Shown piece by piece: positions 49,691-62,126 of a DNA stretch of 64,000 bases. The stretch lies in the NCBI RefSeq assembly GCF_009914755.1, contig NC_060939.1, one strand, 5' to 3'. Within the stretch, counting starts at the first letter, position 1. Every line of letters begins with the position of its first letter. Under the pieces are notes generated by a model that was not told the origin of the DNA, did not search any database, and saw only the letters and a program-made list of their open reading frames with translations. The position numbers were made by a program, and so were the translations under genes. The stretch is from the human T2T-CHM13v2.0 reference genome, Homo sapiens.

Positions 49691-50829
49691 TTATATTTAT
49701 ATTTTTTGTATTTTTTTTTTCTGGCTTTATTTCCCATTCTCTGGGCCTGCTCTGTTTTTCAGTCATGTAGTTTCATGGGAGTAGTAAAGGACCAAAAATA
49801 TTATCCAGACCTTCCGTTTAGTTATTAACCAATCATCTGCCACTTAATGAAACTAAGAAGGAAAAAACCTGCTAGCTGTCCAGTGTTGAACAGGTATTGA
49901 TTTTTCTTCTAGGGAAACAAGGAAATACATATTTATATAGGTATGTTTCATTTTTAAATTTAAACAAATTGTTTTTGAATAATTACAATGATGGGTGTTC
50001 ACTGCAGAAAATCTGAATATCTTGATAAACACAAATAAGAAATTAAAGTTATCCAATATTATGCCACTTATATTTCACACATTTCCTTTTTACCAAAGTC
50101 AAGCATGTTTTACAAAAAGGAGACAAAATTTATTTCAACTTTAAAACACATTGTGTATATCTTTTCATGTCAATATATCTTCTAAAATTCTAATGATTAT
50201 TATTCTCTCATATGGTATATTGTAATTTATCACAATAATTATAGCTAATGTGTATTGAACACTTACTGCCCGGCAACATGCTGAGCTTTACATTATTTAT
50301 TTGGTCCCTATCACTGTATATCTATGTGAGTAACATGAGTTGCCATGACAATGTTCTTTTATATTGTAATTAGGCCAAGTTCTCTTGTATTATAGGAAAT
50401 GTTAAATTTTCCTTTGGAATTGGCTTGGCCCAATTGGCTACTCCTTCTACCTCTAAAATGTTGGATCTTTCTATTTCTAGTTCATGTGTCCACCCAATAC
50501 AGCATTTCACCTATTGAATGTATCCATGACAGTGTGTCCCTCAGTTGCAAAACAAATTGAATTTTACACATTGATATAAACTTAGTGAATGCTGTGAGTG
50601 CTTCCGCATTACACTGTAGTACCTCCTAAACTCTTACATCATGTCACTAATTTGTGTCCACATTTTTTGCTATTTTTGGCAATGCTGTGATGAACATCCT
50701 TGTGGGTATACAAGTAAATTGTGTTATACTCATGCCATGACTTTCCTGATGTCCAGATGTTCTCACTCCCTCTCAAGACCTGAACTATGCACTAAGATAC
50801 TCTATTTGGTGCTGAGTATAAGTCTAATT

Positions 50830-51028
50830 CAGTGGTGTGTGAGATCGACTTCTGTTAACTTGTAAGAGTTGATGGTGTGCATCTTTTTTTACACTTAGCA
50901 TTGAGCGAAATCACATTGAAATCAGCCATGGGGGTGTATTTACACTCCAGAAATCAGCAAACACTGTAAGTCAGGAAACTTTCTTTCTTTGGAGGGCAGA
51001 TTGTGAAACATTTACTAGCACATCCCTG
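50830..51028. mobile_element. MER63 (hAT-Blackjack MITE)
   Basis: CAGTGGTGTG start; AATCAGCCATGGGGGTGTATTTACAC..GAAATCAGCAAAC; AACATTTACTAGCACATCCCTG end. Confidence 0.75.
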
Positions 51029-51159
51029 GCTTCATTGATGAGTTGATACAGGTATCTTGTATGCAGCACTACACAGTGACTCAGTTGGCATAATTCTTAA
51101 TCAATATAGTGTTGTCCACCAGCCAAGAAGTCTGCAACACAGCAGTGATGAATATATAG

Positions 51160-51490
51160 TGTGGCGCAAGGTCACACAGCCAGTAAGTGGCAGAATCAGA
51201 ATTCTAACACCAGATGTTCCCTGTCTACAAAGGCATATGTTCCTCTGCTCCATCTTTACTGTTTCAGGAAAGGGTAGGGCCCGGAGACAGACAGCCTGGC
51301 TTTGTCTCTTGACACTACGACTGTGGGTGGGTTATTAGCTTCTGTATCCCTAACTTTCCTCGTCTGCAGAAAGGGAACTAGAGTAGTACCTATGTAATTG
51401 TGATACCGTGAGGGCTAAATGAAGTAATGAATCCAAGGAACTTAGCACAACACTGGGCACATAATAAATGCTCAATAAATATTAATTATT
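51160..51490. mobile_element. Adjacent MIRs (minus 51160-51260, plus 51270-51490)
   Basis: CAAGGTCACACAGCCAGTAAGTGGCAGA (-); CTTTCCTCGTCTGCAGAAAGGG..ATAATAAATGCTCAATAAAT (+). Confidence 0.8.
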
Positions 51491-52178
51491 TTTAATATGT
51501 ATATTTTAAAGCACACAGTGTAATAAAACTGATATCATCTGGAATTAATCTATCTTTTATCCCACAATGTTCGTTTTAAGGTTAGGAATGTTTGACAGTT
51601 TTGTTTTTAAAAAGATTTAAAATTGAATTGAGCACATAAATTCTTTTTTTGAAGTTAATACATATTTCACCTATAGTTCCATTATGAAACAATTATTTAC
51701 CAGTTCGCTTAGTTGATCAAGTACCCTTAAAAGAAATATGTGGATTCATAGGAGTCTTTGGATATCTGGAGAAGTGATTTCCTTTAGAAAAGTTGCCATG
51801 CCATGACTTGAATACTTAATTTTGGTTAATCATTAGAAATCTGGTTGTTGCTATCTTGGACAAACATAATCCCCTTAGACATCTCTTTATGAGGAAGCTG
51901 TCCTTTGGACATAATGTTCCTGTCATTTGAAAGAACACCTCTTGATAAGTGGAAATATTAACTTTCAGCAGAGAATCTTCTTCTACCAAATTTATTCAAA
52001 ATGAGTTTAATATTCTCTTTCAATTCCTCTGTCAATTGATGGTGAGGAAGAAGTTCTGGGGTCATGATTATCTATAAAACAAAGATAGGAACAGATTGAA
52101 TAGAACAGTGCCTGGCCTATTGTAACCTCTGATACATATTGAATGAATAATGAATCAATCTGAAGTGGAGGTTGTGAT

Positions 52179-52180
52179 GC

Positions 52181-52210
<30 letters not shown>
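52179..52210. repeat. (GC)6(AC)10 alternating purine-pyrimidine tract
   Basis: Direct count. Confidence 0.97.
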
Positions 52211-52211
<1 letters not shown>

Positions 52212-53234
52212 CCTATAAGCACCTTATATATAATACACACACACAAAGATAACAACTGAAAAAAACCATAAAATCTAATCTGAAATAAAAGCTGTCATGT
52301 AGATCATCCATGCATTTCTCATGTTTTATGGGAGCAGTGTTTTGACGGATGGCTTTTTGTAATGTGCCTGGTACTTCTCTTGAAGTTATCTGGCAGCCCT
52401 GACACTGAACACTGAGTAAAGAGAGCACTGACCCAAGAGGGCTTCGTGGAGAGGCAGAACTGGCAGTCAATGGTCAAACCTGACAGCAAAGAGCCAATCC
52501 TTTTAGCCATGTTTTCCTCAGCTGATACCCTAGACTGTGATGAGAAAGTCTGAAAACAGATCCAACATTTGAAGTGTCCTTAATATTTCTGCTCGTTTTC
52601 TAGAATTTGGATTTCAATGGCATTTCCTCTGATGCTATGGTGAAACTTTAAGGCAGTTTTTAGTTTTCTGTGGAGTTTTGACAACTGAAGCCAATTTCTC
52701 CCAGTGCAAACATAACTTGCCTCTCAGCTCTGCCCCAGGTTGAAAATGTCAGCCACTGAGAGGCCTACCCAGGCTGCTGATGGCCAGGGGCCAATCAGAA
52801 AGACACTTTTTCTCTCCCAGAGTTCCCCTCAGAGAATGTTTGCCGCCCCATTTTCTACAGGGATCAAACAATGACAAGTGAACAGTATGAAGTGGTAAGT
52901 CAAAGTCCCCTAAATTCTAACAAGCCCAGCCCGACAGAGACCTCCAATGGCTCAAAGACACATGCTCTTCTCACTACCCTGTTCTCTGTTTCTGTCAGGC
53001 CAAATGGACTAGTGAAGGAAGGAAGATAGCAGACCTCTCCAGCTAGTTCAGTCAAGGAAGAGAAGAAAGATATTTTGTGTATCAAGAAACATCAATTCTC
53101 ATCCTGCCTCTGCCATCACTCGTCAAAGGAAGTGACTGCCTGGTCCCTAGTCTCCTCAGCTATCCAAAAAAGATGTGAACCACGTGATCTTGAAGGCTTT
53201 CCAAACCTGCTCTTTTAACATTTTTAAGGATCCT

Positions 53235-53470
53235 ACATCTATGGAGTGTTTACTGAGTGCTTTGGATTGTCCTAACTTCTTCATATGCATCGCCTCACTT
53301 TGTTTTCACAACAGCCCGTTCCACTGATATTATTTTCCTTTTGCAGAGGAGAAAATTGGAGCTCAGAAAGGTTAGGCAACTTGGTCAAGCTCATGAATAG
53401 GTATTAGGGCAAGGATTCAACCCCAAGCCAGCCTGTTCCAAATCCCACATGCTTACTCCCTACCCTGAGC
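53235..53470 (-). mobile_element. MIR
   Basis: TTTTGCAGAGGAGAAAATTGGAGCTCAGAAAGGTTAGGCAACTTG. Confidence 0.8.
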
Positions 53471-54149
53471 TCTGTCTGACACACCCTTGATATTTCTACA
53501 GCATTCAAAAGTATCTTAAAGTACAGTCAGATCAAAGTCTCAGGAGATCCTCTGGACACTCCTCTAAATGTCCCTTTTACAATTTTCCATCCTCCCATCC
53601 ATGGGTATTAAGAGCCCAGTTCTATATTGTGTTTAATGGCAAACGTCCATGCAACACAAAGAAGCTGCAGGATCTTATCTGGTCACTTCATTTGTGCAAG
53701 CAAGGCTGTATGGAGTCCGGATGTCTGACTCATCCATCAGCCCTGGAATCTCTTTCAAAATGTACTGATCTCCTGACAGGAATGGGCAATGGCTTCACAG
53801 AAAATGGAAAGCTCTGAACTTTTGCCAAAATCTGAAACCCAAATGAAACCCAACTGCTTACACTGAGGATGGGTAATAACTCTGTTCTCCTGGCTCCTGC
53901 AAAGTCAAAGACGTCTCTCCTTCCAGTGCTCCAGGCTTAATGAATGACAAATTAAAGTGAGCCAAACATGTACCTAGCAAGGAGGGCTGCCAGAGACGGA
54001 TTTCTGATCTAATAGCCTTAGGATTTTCTCTGACATGGTTAAGCCTGAGACAGTTCATTTAGAGGAAAAGCAGTTAAAGGAAATCTGATAGAAATCTTCC
54101 ATTACTGCTAAGGCAGAGGTTTTTACGAGTCAGAATGGGGAAACAGGGA

Positions 54150-54368
54150 GAATATGTGCTTTGGTTTCTGTGGGCCCCTGGTACGAATTCTAATTCTTCC
54201 ACTTAACTGTGTGACCTTAGGCAAGTTAGATAGACTCTCTGAGCCCTAATTTCTTTATATAAAAAACTGAGATAATATTATTTGCCACATAGATTTGTCA
54301 TGAGGATTAAGCGCATCAATTATGTAATGTATCTGGTGGCACATAGTAAAAACTTAATATGTTTGTTA
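54150..54368 (+). mobile_element. MIR
   Basis: CTGTGTGACCTTAGGCAAGTTA..CTCTCTGAGCC. Confidence 0.8.
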
Positions 54369-54950
54369 CTCCCAAATTTCACAAAATTATGAAACTTTAG
54401 AGTAAAAAGAGACTCATGACATTAAGTTCAGACACTTGATATTACAAATTAGAAAGGTGAATTCCCAGGGACTTAAAATCCAAAAATCATATAATTAATG
54501 GTATTCTAGTCCATTCTATCTGTAGCTATCTGACATTTTACAGCTTCTTCATTTAAACATATACTTATCCATCAATCAACACAATTTATGGAGTGTCTTG
54601 TATGCACTCAGCACCATGTTAAGCAGTGTGAAGGATTAGAAAAAAGCATCTCAGGCCTCATCAACAACAGGTGTAGAGACCCTGCTGTGTACAGTGTTCT
54701 GAGCTTAAGGCCTGGGGATGATAAATTAAGTGTAAGACATGGTACATGGCCCTAAGGGAAGTCACCATTTAGTTAAGAAAGCACTATCTCACACAGAACA
54801 AGTAGAGAGCCATGTAAGGTGTCCTGTATAAATGCAAATAGTATGGTTTACATGTGGAGCTAGGAGAAGAAAATAAGTAAGCACTGGAGGACTTGGGAAA
54901 GGCTTCCTGGCGTTGTCTAGCATTGAAGGATTATCTTCCTAAAGAGTCTA

Positions 54951-55137
54951 CAGATCGTCCCTGACTTAGGTTGGTTCAACTTAAATGGAATGAAAACAAT
55001 AGACATTCAGTACACTTCTTGATGTATGAAGGAACTATGTGCAGATAAACCCACAGCAAGTTGAAAATATCGTTGGAAGTGCATATAAATAAGTAAGTTT
55101 ATTGGGATATGACCCCATTGCAGTTGAGGAGCATCTG
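54951..55137. mobile_element. MER47/Tigger5-family MITE
   Basis: TA-CAGATCGTCCCTGACTTA start and TTGAGGAGCATCTG end (terminal inverted repeats). Confidence 0.75.
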
Positions 55138-55689
55138 TTCTTTTAATGTCAAAGAGAGGCTCGAAGAGCTCCTTGTGCTCCTGGGAAGATGACCACTGAG
55201 CCTCTTTCTACCTACCTTTGCCTAACCCACCAACCACTGAACAATGAGCCCCTGCAACTGCCTGAGAGGACAGTCTCTGGACAAAGGCTATAATTAGAAT
55301 AGATTCTTCACCTCCCCTTAAGAGACAATAAGGAAACCATTACACTTTATATCCTTGGGAACCTTCACTTCCACAGAAGTCTGTGCCTCCCAGCTTCAAA
55401 TTCTTAGACTCCCTCTTCAAATGGACCCTTTGGACTCTTCTTGTACCCTACAACTGTATACATCTTCTGATCTGTGGAACCAGGGTCTGGCATAAATGAA
55501 ATCTCCTCTTTGTACTCTGAATAATTAATCCACTTTCTTGCTGATGCGTGGTTCTCCCCTCTGGACCTTGCCTCCGTGCCAACCGCCACTACTAGGAGAA
55601 GTTCCTTTTTCTCTTACTTCCTATATACTACAGGCCCTGGGGGGAGGCGGGGTCCTCCTTGCTCATCATTGCTGCTTCCAGGCACCATC

Positions 55690-57475
55690 CCACCATTAAA
55701 AATGCTCTTTTAAATACATGTCATCAAACTACACCACTCACACCTTTTAATTGTAATGACTTCCTCTCTTGTAAGCTTGATTTATTTCATTAAAACTATG
55801 AGCCCCAAGTTTATCATGTTTCTTTCTAACACAACTTCTGTAACCACTCTTAGATACTGGTGACCTCAGTATCTATTGTATGTTTCTACATTTAACCTCA
55901 CCAACCTATTCTCATGGTCAAATCCTAAACCTTATAATTTGAATAATGGTACCAGCTTGGAAAACTCAATTTCAGACATCTCAGCCTCACACCACCCCCG
56001 TTAGTCTTTGTAGCTTAATTTCTTTGATATGCCCATTTCAGTCATTTTTCACTGCCCTGAACCTCTAATCTGTTGATCCAACCCCTTGCCCGTAACTATC
56101 CACATGCCCTCCCATCTCTTCTTACCTAACTTAGGTGCCATGACCCATCACTCCCTTGCACATTGCCTCATGATCTACCCTTTGCCCTTCTCTCCGTTTT
56201 CTTACTTACCTGGAAAATCCTCACCTCTGGTTAAATTTGATGTCCACACTCCATATCTGAATCTGAGAAACTGAACATGGCTGGAGGAAAAAACAGTTGA
56301 TTGGTCACACTTTAAATGTATGACCACAACTTTTACATATTTCCTTAGTCAATTCACGCTTTGTCTCACGTAGATAACTATTTTATACCTTTTCCAGTTT
56401 CCTTACATCTTCCTCACCCTATCCCATCCTTAGGCTTAGCAGATGGCTTTCCCTCTTATATCAGTGAGAAAGATATTTAATTAAAGAAAACTTTCTCTAT
56501 CTTCCCATGCTTTCAAGTCTAGACACTCTGCTCAGCCCCAGATCATATGCCTACTTGTCAGCTCGAAGATATTGCTTCTGCGATTGCTCATATTCTCTCC
56601 TAACTAAAATTTCCCCTATATCCTGGATTTTTCTCTTAGGCAAACCATTGTGGTTCCATATTTGCAATCTCAAACCAACCATAATCCCTTTGAGTCCAAA
56701 TCCCCTTCATTTACAGTTTTATTTGTAGCAAACCTCTGAAAGAGTGATCTACAGTGACCATCCATCTCCTCTCCAGCACCTCCCATTCTATCTTGAGTCT
56801 CCTCACCTCAGGTCTTTGTTCCTACCACCCACTGAAGTCCTCTTGCCAAGGCCCTGATGTTGTTCAAATCTAATGATTAATTCTCAGTGCCCACACGATT
56901 TTCTTGAAGTGTTCTTAAGAATTTCCCTTGCTGAAATATTCTGGGATATCTACTCTTCTGCTTTTTCTCCTACTTTACTAGCTACTGATCTCACTTATTT
57001 AGCTAAATTCTCCTTTTTTCATTTTCCGGATATTTCCAAATATTCGAGTGTACTTGGGCTCACACTTCAGGTCACCTTTCTTTCTAGCTCCTGTCCCTAG
57101 GTATTCTTGTCAAGTCATCTTTTTTTTCAGTGCCATTATTTAAACATACTAGTGACTCCCAATTTTATAGATTCAGACCTCACCTCAACCCCAAGTTCCA
57201 GACTTGTATATACAACAGCCTACCAGCTGATTGTCTAATAGCCATTACAAACTTAACATGAAAATGAATCTCTTGATACGCTCTCCCAGACCCTAATTGC
57301 CTTCTCCCTTAGTCCTCTCCAATTCAGTCATAGGCACCACCGCTCACCCAGTTGCTCAGGACAAAAGCCTTGGAAACATCCTTAATACCTCTCTTTGCTT
57401 TACACTCTGCCTCCCTACACACAAATCCAGCTCATCTGACATGTTGCAGGTTCTATTTTCAAAAAATATTTCCTA
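55690..57475 (+). mobile_element. Long degenerate L2 fragment
   Basis: Pyrimidine-rich; GATTGGTCACACTTTAAAT, GACTCCCAATTTTATA..CTCAACCCCAAGTTCCAGAC, CACCCAGTTGCTCAGG. Confidence 0.8.
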
Positions 57476-58875
57476 ACTTCCAGATTTTGCTTCTCTTAAT
57501 ATAGTATCTAGATTTCCAGACCAAGCCTACCCTTAAAAACATACAAATGCTTGTTTAAAAACGTTTTAAACTCTTTTTTGAGACTAAGGTCAAAATCTAG
57601 GTGAAGGTAGGAATTCAGACAGATAATCATTGCACTTCGGAACTTGTGCCCTGGAGTATTTAATAAAACTGAAGAACTTGAGTTTCATATTTTATAGCCT
57701 ACGCCTCTATATGAAGAGATTGATAGCAGAGCTTTCTGCCACAAAGCTAAGACCATTAAGAGTTATGTCTTTCATGGAAGAGACAACCAAAAGTAAATCC
57801 ACTTCACTTTCAAACCTCAACCAACTGCAAGAAAAGTTGCACTGATGCTGAGCAATGATGAAAAAAGCTCCTGAGAAGCTGTGACCATGAGTCACTCCTA
57901 AAATTTATTTGTAGCCCAAATTTACATTATCTAGATGGTTTTAAATTATTAAGCTGTGAATTTAGCTGAAAGGAGACCTAGGTGGTAGATATTCCAGGCC
58001 CCTGTAAGAAGCAGATACAAATTCTCTATGGAAAAATTGATCTTTTGTCCTAAGCCTCAAAGGAGTCCTACACATAATTTTCTTGACAAATGGTAATATC
58101 ACAGTAAAGAAAAAGAGACTTTGAATACTGGAATTGTCACACACAGAATTAATATAGCCATGTTTACTATGTTTAATATACATATTAATTTTCTTGACTA
58201 GGAAACTCTAAAGAATAGTCAAGCAGATTTTCAACGAACAAAATTAAGCCTCCAGAAATAAAAAATATAATCATTGAAAATAAATGTTAATTAAATGGTT
58301 AAACACCAAATTAGAAGCTGTTGAATAAATAATTAATAAACTGAATTATATGTTTGAAGAAATAATTTAGACTGTAACACAGAAAGACAAATAGAAAGTA
58401 TGAAATAAGCTTAAGAAAAGCAAAAAATTGTGTGAAAATATTGAACATCCAACTAAATGAATTCCAGAAATAAGGGAGAGAGGACATTAGAAAGGGACAT
58501 TATTAGATGAAGGAATAGTTGAGAAACTTTCAAAAGTGATAAACCCCACCAATCTACAGTTTCAAGAGACCTAATTAATCCCAAGTAGAATAAATAAAAA
58601 AATAAAATTCACATCTTGACACATAAACATGAAATGCAAAAGAAACAAATACAAAGAAAAGACTTTAGCAGCATCTAGGGGGAAAAGACAGGTTACCCTT
58701 AAACAGCAACAGTGACACTAACAACTGATTTTTCCACAACAGCAATGAAAGCTAGAAATTCTAGAGGATGTACTTCATGTACAAGGAAAATGATCCCAGA
58801 TGCTAGTTCTGTGCTGCAGGAAGACATGAAAGGCAAAGTATACAGTGAATACATAGGTAAGTCTAATCATAACTA

Positions 58876-59299
58876 TGTAGCAGCCACTCCTGTGCATTTG
58901 TTCAAGCTCTGTTTACTTTTCATTTTAGTTAGGCAGTGAGGCTACCTTTCTTAGGGTGCCTGGCAATTAGTTATAGGCATGTGACTGTCTTTTGGCCATT
59001 AGTGTCTGAGCAAAAGTAATGTGGGTTACTTCTGGAATAAAGAGGTAAAGAAATGATCGTGCCTTCTCCCATGGACTCTTCTCATTTGCTGGCTTAATGA
59101 AGAGTGTTCCAAGAACTAAATGAAGGTAGAGCCATAGGATGGAAGAAGCCTGGATCCCTGAATGGCCACAAAAAAGGCTGTTCAACCAGAAATATCCCCC
59201 ATTGGAGTGAAGCATGAGTAAGAAATAAACTTCTATAATACAACCACCGAGATTCCAGGATTTCACTGTTTGAATCCCTAGCATTACCTAACTAACACA
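58876..59299 (+). mobile_element. MLT1J-like LTR
   Basis: CATGTGACTGTCTTTTGGCCA..TGAGCAAAAGTAATGTGGGTTACTTCTGG; AGAAATAAACTTCTA; ends CTAACTAACACA. Confidence 0.65.
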
Positions 59300-59728
59300 T
59301 TTACTGAAGGGTTAAAATAAGGTTCTGAATCAGAACACACTATAACAATTGCCTGTAAGCTGGGGAGTAGGTATGAGTAAATATGAAACTTAACTCTTCT
59401 GAGATTCTTGATTTGTCCTAAGGGAAGGTAGAGGTATAAACTTTGACCTTCAATACATTACATATACATTACATATACATATTGTAATCTCCCAGGTGAC
59501 CACTAAAGAAGAGAAGCATAGAACATAAATTCCAAAAGTGAGAAAAACTTGAATAAGTAAAAATAATGAAAAAGAAGGTCATAAAGAAGGGTCAAATAAA
59601 AAGCATAAAATAAGATGGTAAACATAAATATACAGGCAATTGCATTAAAGGTAAATAGACTAAATGTTTCCAATAAAAGATAAATCAGAATGGACTTTTA
59701 AAAGCAATTATATGGTAGTTACAAAATA

Positions 59729-60046
59729 TACATCCACAGGAGAATAGTTCCAGGACCCCTAACCCATGGATACCAAAATCCACTGATACTCAAGTCTCAT
59801 ATAAAATCACCTAGTATTTACACATAACTATGCACATCCTTCCATATACTTGAAATAATTTCTAAATTACATATAACACCTAATACAATGTAAATGCTAT
59901 ATAAATAGTTGCTATGCTATTTTTTAAAATTTGTACTGTACTTTTGTTGTTGTATTGTTATTTTTTATTGCTTTTTCCTAAATATTTTCCATCCATGGAT
60001 GGTTGAATCCACAGATGCAGAACCTGTAGATATGGAGGGCTGACTA
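59729..60046 (+). mobile_element. MER2 (Tigger-derived MITE)
   Basis: GTTCCAGGACCCC..GATACCAAAATCCAC..TAATACAATGTAAATGCTAT..GGTTGAATCCACAGATGCAGAACC. Confidence 0.88.
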
Positions 60047-60059
60047 TATCAGACTATCA

Positions 60060-60310
60060 AGTGACATGTTCTTCTCATGAGGATAGCAGAAGCAACACAA
60101 GAGTGAGTAGAAGCACAGGATATCTCTAAGGTTAAAGTTTGGATGAAAGTGGCATACAGTCATTTTCACTGATGTTCTTTTGGTCACTAGTCACATAGAC
60201 AAGCCCATTTGTCAGTGAGGTAGAGAAATATATACCACCTCAAGCAAAAAGAATTACAATGTCACATGGCAAAAGATATGGACATAGGGAAAAGTGAAAA
60301 GTTAGGAATA
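60060..60310 (-). mobile_element. MLT1-type LTR fragment
   Basis: TTCTTCTCATG..TAGTCACATAGACAAGCCCA..GTCACATGGCAAAAG. Confidence 0.5.
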
Positions 60311-60597
60311 ATAAGGCAATTTATCAGAAATAAAGAAAATTTCTTTTAACTGATAAATGATATCTACATAAAGTAAGCAAAAATCTACAACAAGTAACAT
60401 ACATAGCTATGACACTTGAACGGTTTCTCTTTGAGATAGGGAGAACATAAAGATGGCTCCATTACCATTTTTATTTGGCATTTTTGTTGAATATCAGTGA
60501 CAAATCAATGTACGGAAATCATACACTAGCAGTCTACATACTAGCAACAAACACATTTTCAAAAGATACAGTTAATGCCTCAGCAATATAGAGTATA

Positions 60598-61037
60598 CAG
60601 TTGACCCTTGAACAACATAGGGGTTAGGGGCACTGATCCCTCTGTGCAGTTGAAAATTTGTATATAATTTTGGTTCCCTCAAAACTTAACTACTAAGAGC
60701 CTACAGTTGCCTGGAAGCCTTACCAATAACATAAACAGTTGATTAACAAATATTTTATATGTTAACTATGTCATATACCATATTTTTACAGTAAAGTTAG
60801 AAGAAAAGAAAATATTAAGACAATCATAAGGAAGAGAAAATATATTTACTCTTCATTAAGTGGAAGTAGATCATCATAAAGCCCTTCATCGTCATCATCC
60901 TCATATTGAGTATCCTGAGGAGTTAGAAGAGAAAGAAGGGGGTTGGTCTTGCTCTCTCAAGAGTGGCAGAAGTGGAAGAAAAATCCACATATAAGTGGGC
61001 CCTACAATTCAAACCCGTGCTTTTGAAGACTCACCTG
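60598..61037 (-). mobile_element. Tigger2a (MER28-type)
   Basis: TA-CAGTTGACCCTTGAACAAC..GGTTAGGGGC; GGAAGCCTTACCAATAACATAAACAG; far end TTCAAACCCGTG..TCACCTG; about 440 bp. Confidence 0.88.
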
Positions 61038-61783
61038 TGCTTAGAAATGTACATAATGCACGATGTTCAAGACCTTTCAGAGCAAATTATAAAACTTTAT
61101 TGAAGAATAGAGAAGATCTAAATAGAGAAATATATGGCCTTTATGGATTGGGAACACTTAATACAGCAAAGATACCAATTCTTTCCCAAATTGATCTATA
61201 CATTCAATGTATCCCAGTCAAAGTCCAGACAGGATTTTGGATTGAACTTAGAAGTAGATACCAAAATGTAGATGGCTGGGAACCATCTGTTATAGCTGTA
61301 TGAACAGGGGACCATGGGGAATCAGAGAAGTAATTGATTTTCCTAACTGAAACTCAGACAGAAGGGCGAGGTAAATGGTGCCTTTGAATAGCTCCATAAA
61401 TCCATACGGAAAGGGGGAAATAGGCTCTTAATGGTTGAGACAAAAAAATGGGGCAGGAGGTTGAGAATAAATTTTCCAGAGACTTTTGACAGCAAACTGG
61501 AATAAAAGTCATGAGTCATCTCAGCTGGAGTCTGAACTAAGATTTAAGTTAAGAAAGAGGCAATTTATTCAAGTCTAAGGTTATATTCAGGGCTAGGATT
61601 TATGCAAGAGGTCCAGGTATTTGATTTTTTAAAAATAGCTTTTATGAAATATACTTCAATGAACACTGAACACAGAACAATGTAGATGTAGCATTATATA
61701 GCTTCATATTTATATTTGGCTGTTTTAATTATGAGTTGTACTTTTGTAAGGAAAGACACAGATGCTTGTGTTGCCTTCTAAGT

Positions 61784-62126
61784 CATTGGTTCTGAACCTT
61801 GGCTTTCATTAGAAACAAGCAGGGAACTTTAAAAATCCTGATGCCCAGGCCACATCAGAACAATCAAATCAGAACCCCTGGGAGCGGGGCTGGAGCATCA
61901 CCAGTTTGTAAAATTTTGCTTGTGATTCTAAGGTAGAGTCAATGTTGACAACCTCTGCTTTAAGTAAAACCAAGCCTTCATGGTTGGTGGCTCATTAAAG
62001 ATACCAATTTTGAGAGCCCTCTCTAGGCAAATTAACCCAAAATTTCTGTGGATACAGCTTAGGGACTGTCATCTTCCCAAAGCTCTCCAGGTAATTCTAA
62101 CTTGCTGCCAGGGTTGGGAACCACTG
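61784..62126. mobile_element. Two tandem MER5-family MITEs (~61784-61957 and ~61975-62126)
   Basis: GATGCCCAGGCCACA..AAATCAGAACC; CCAGGTAATTCTAA..GCCAGGGTTGGGAACCACTG. Confidence 0.75.

Larger units (their letters stand above)
57490..61280 (+). mobile_element. Fragmented ancient L1M (5' UTR, ORF1 and ORF2 pieces) with nested insertions
   Basis: ORF1-like ACAACTGATTTTTCCACAACAGCAATGAAAGCTAGAA; ORF2-like CCCAAATTGATCTATACATTCAATG. Confidence 0.65.
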
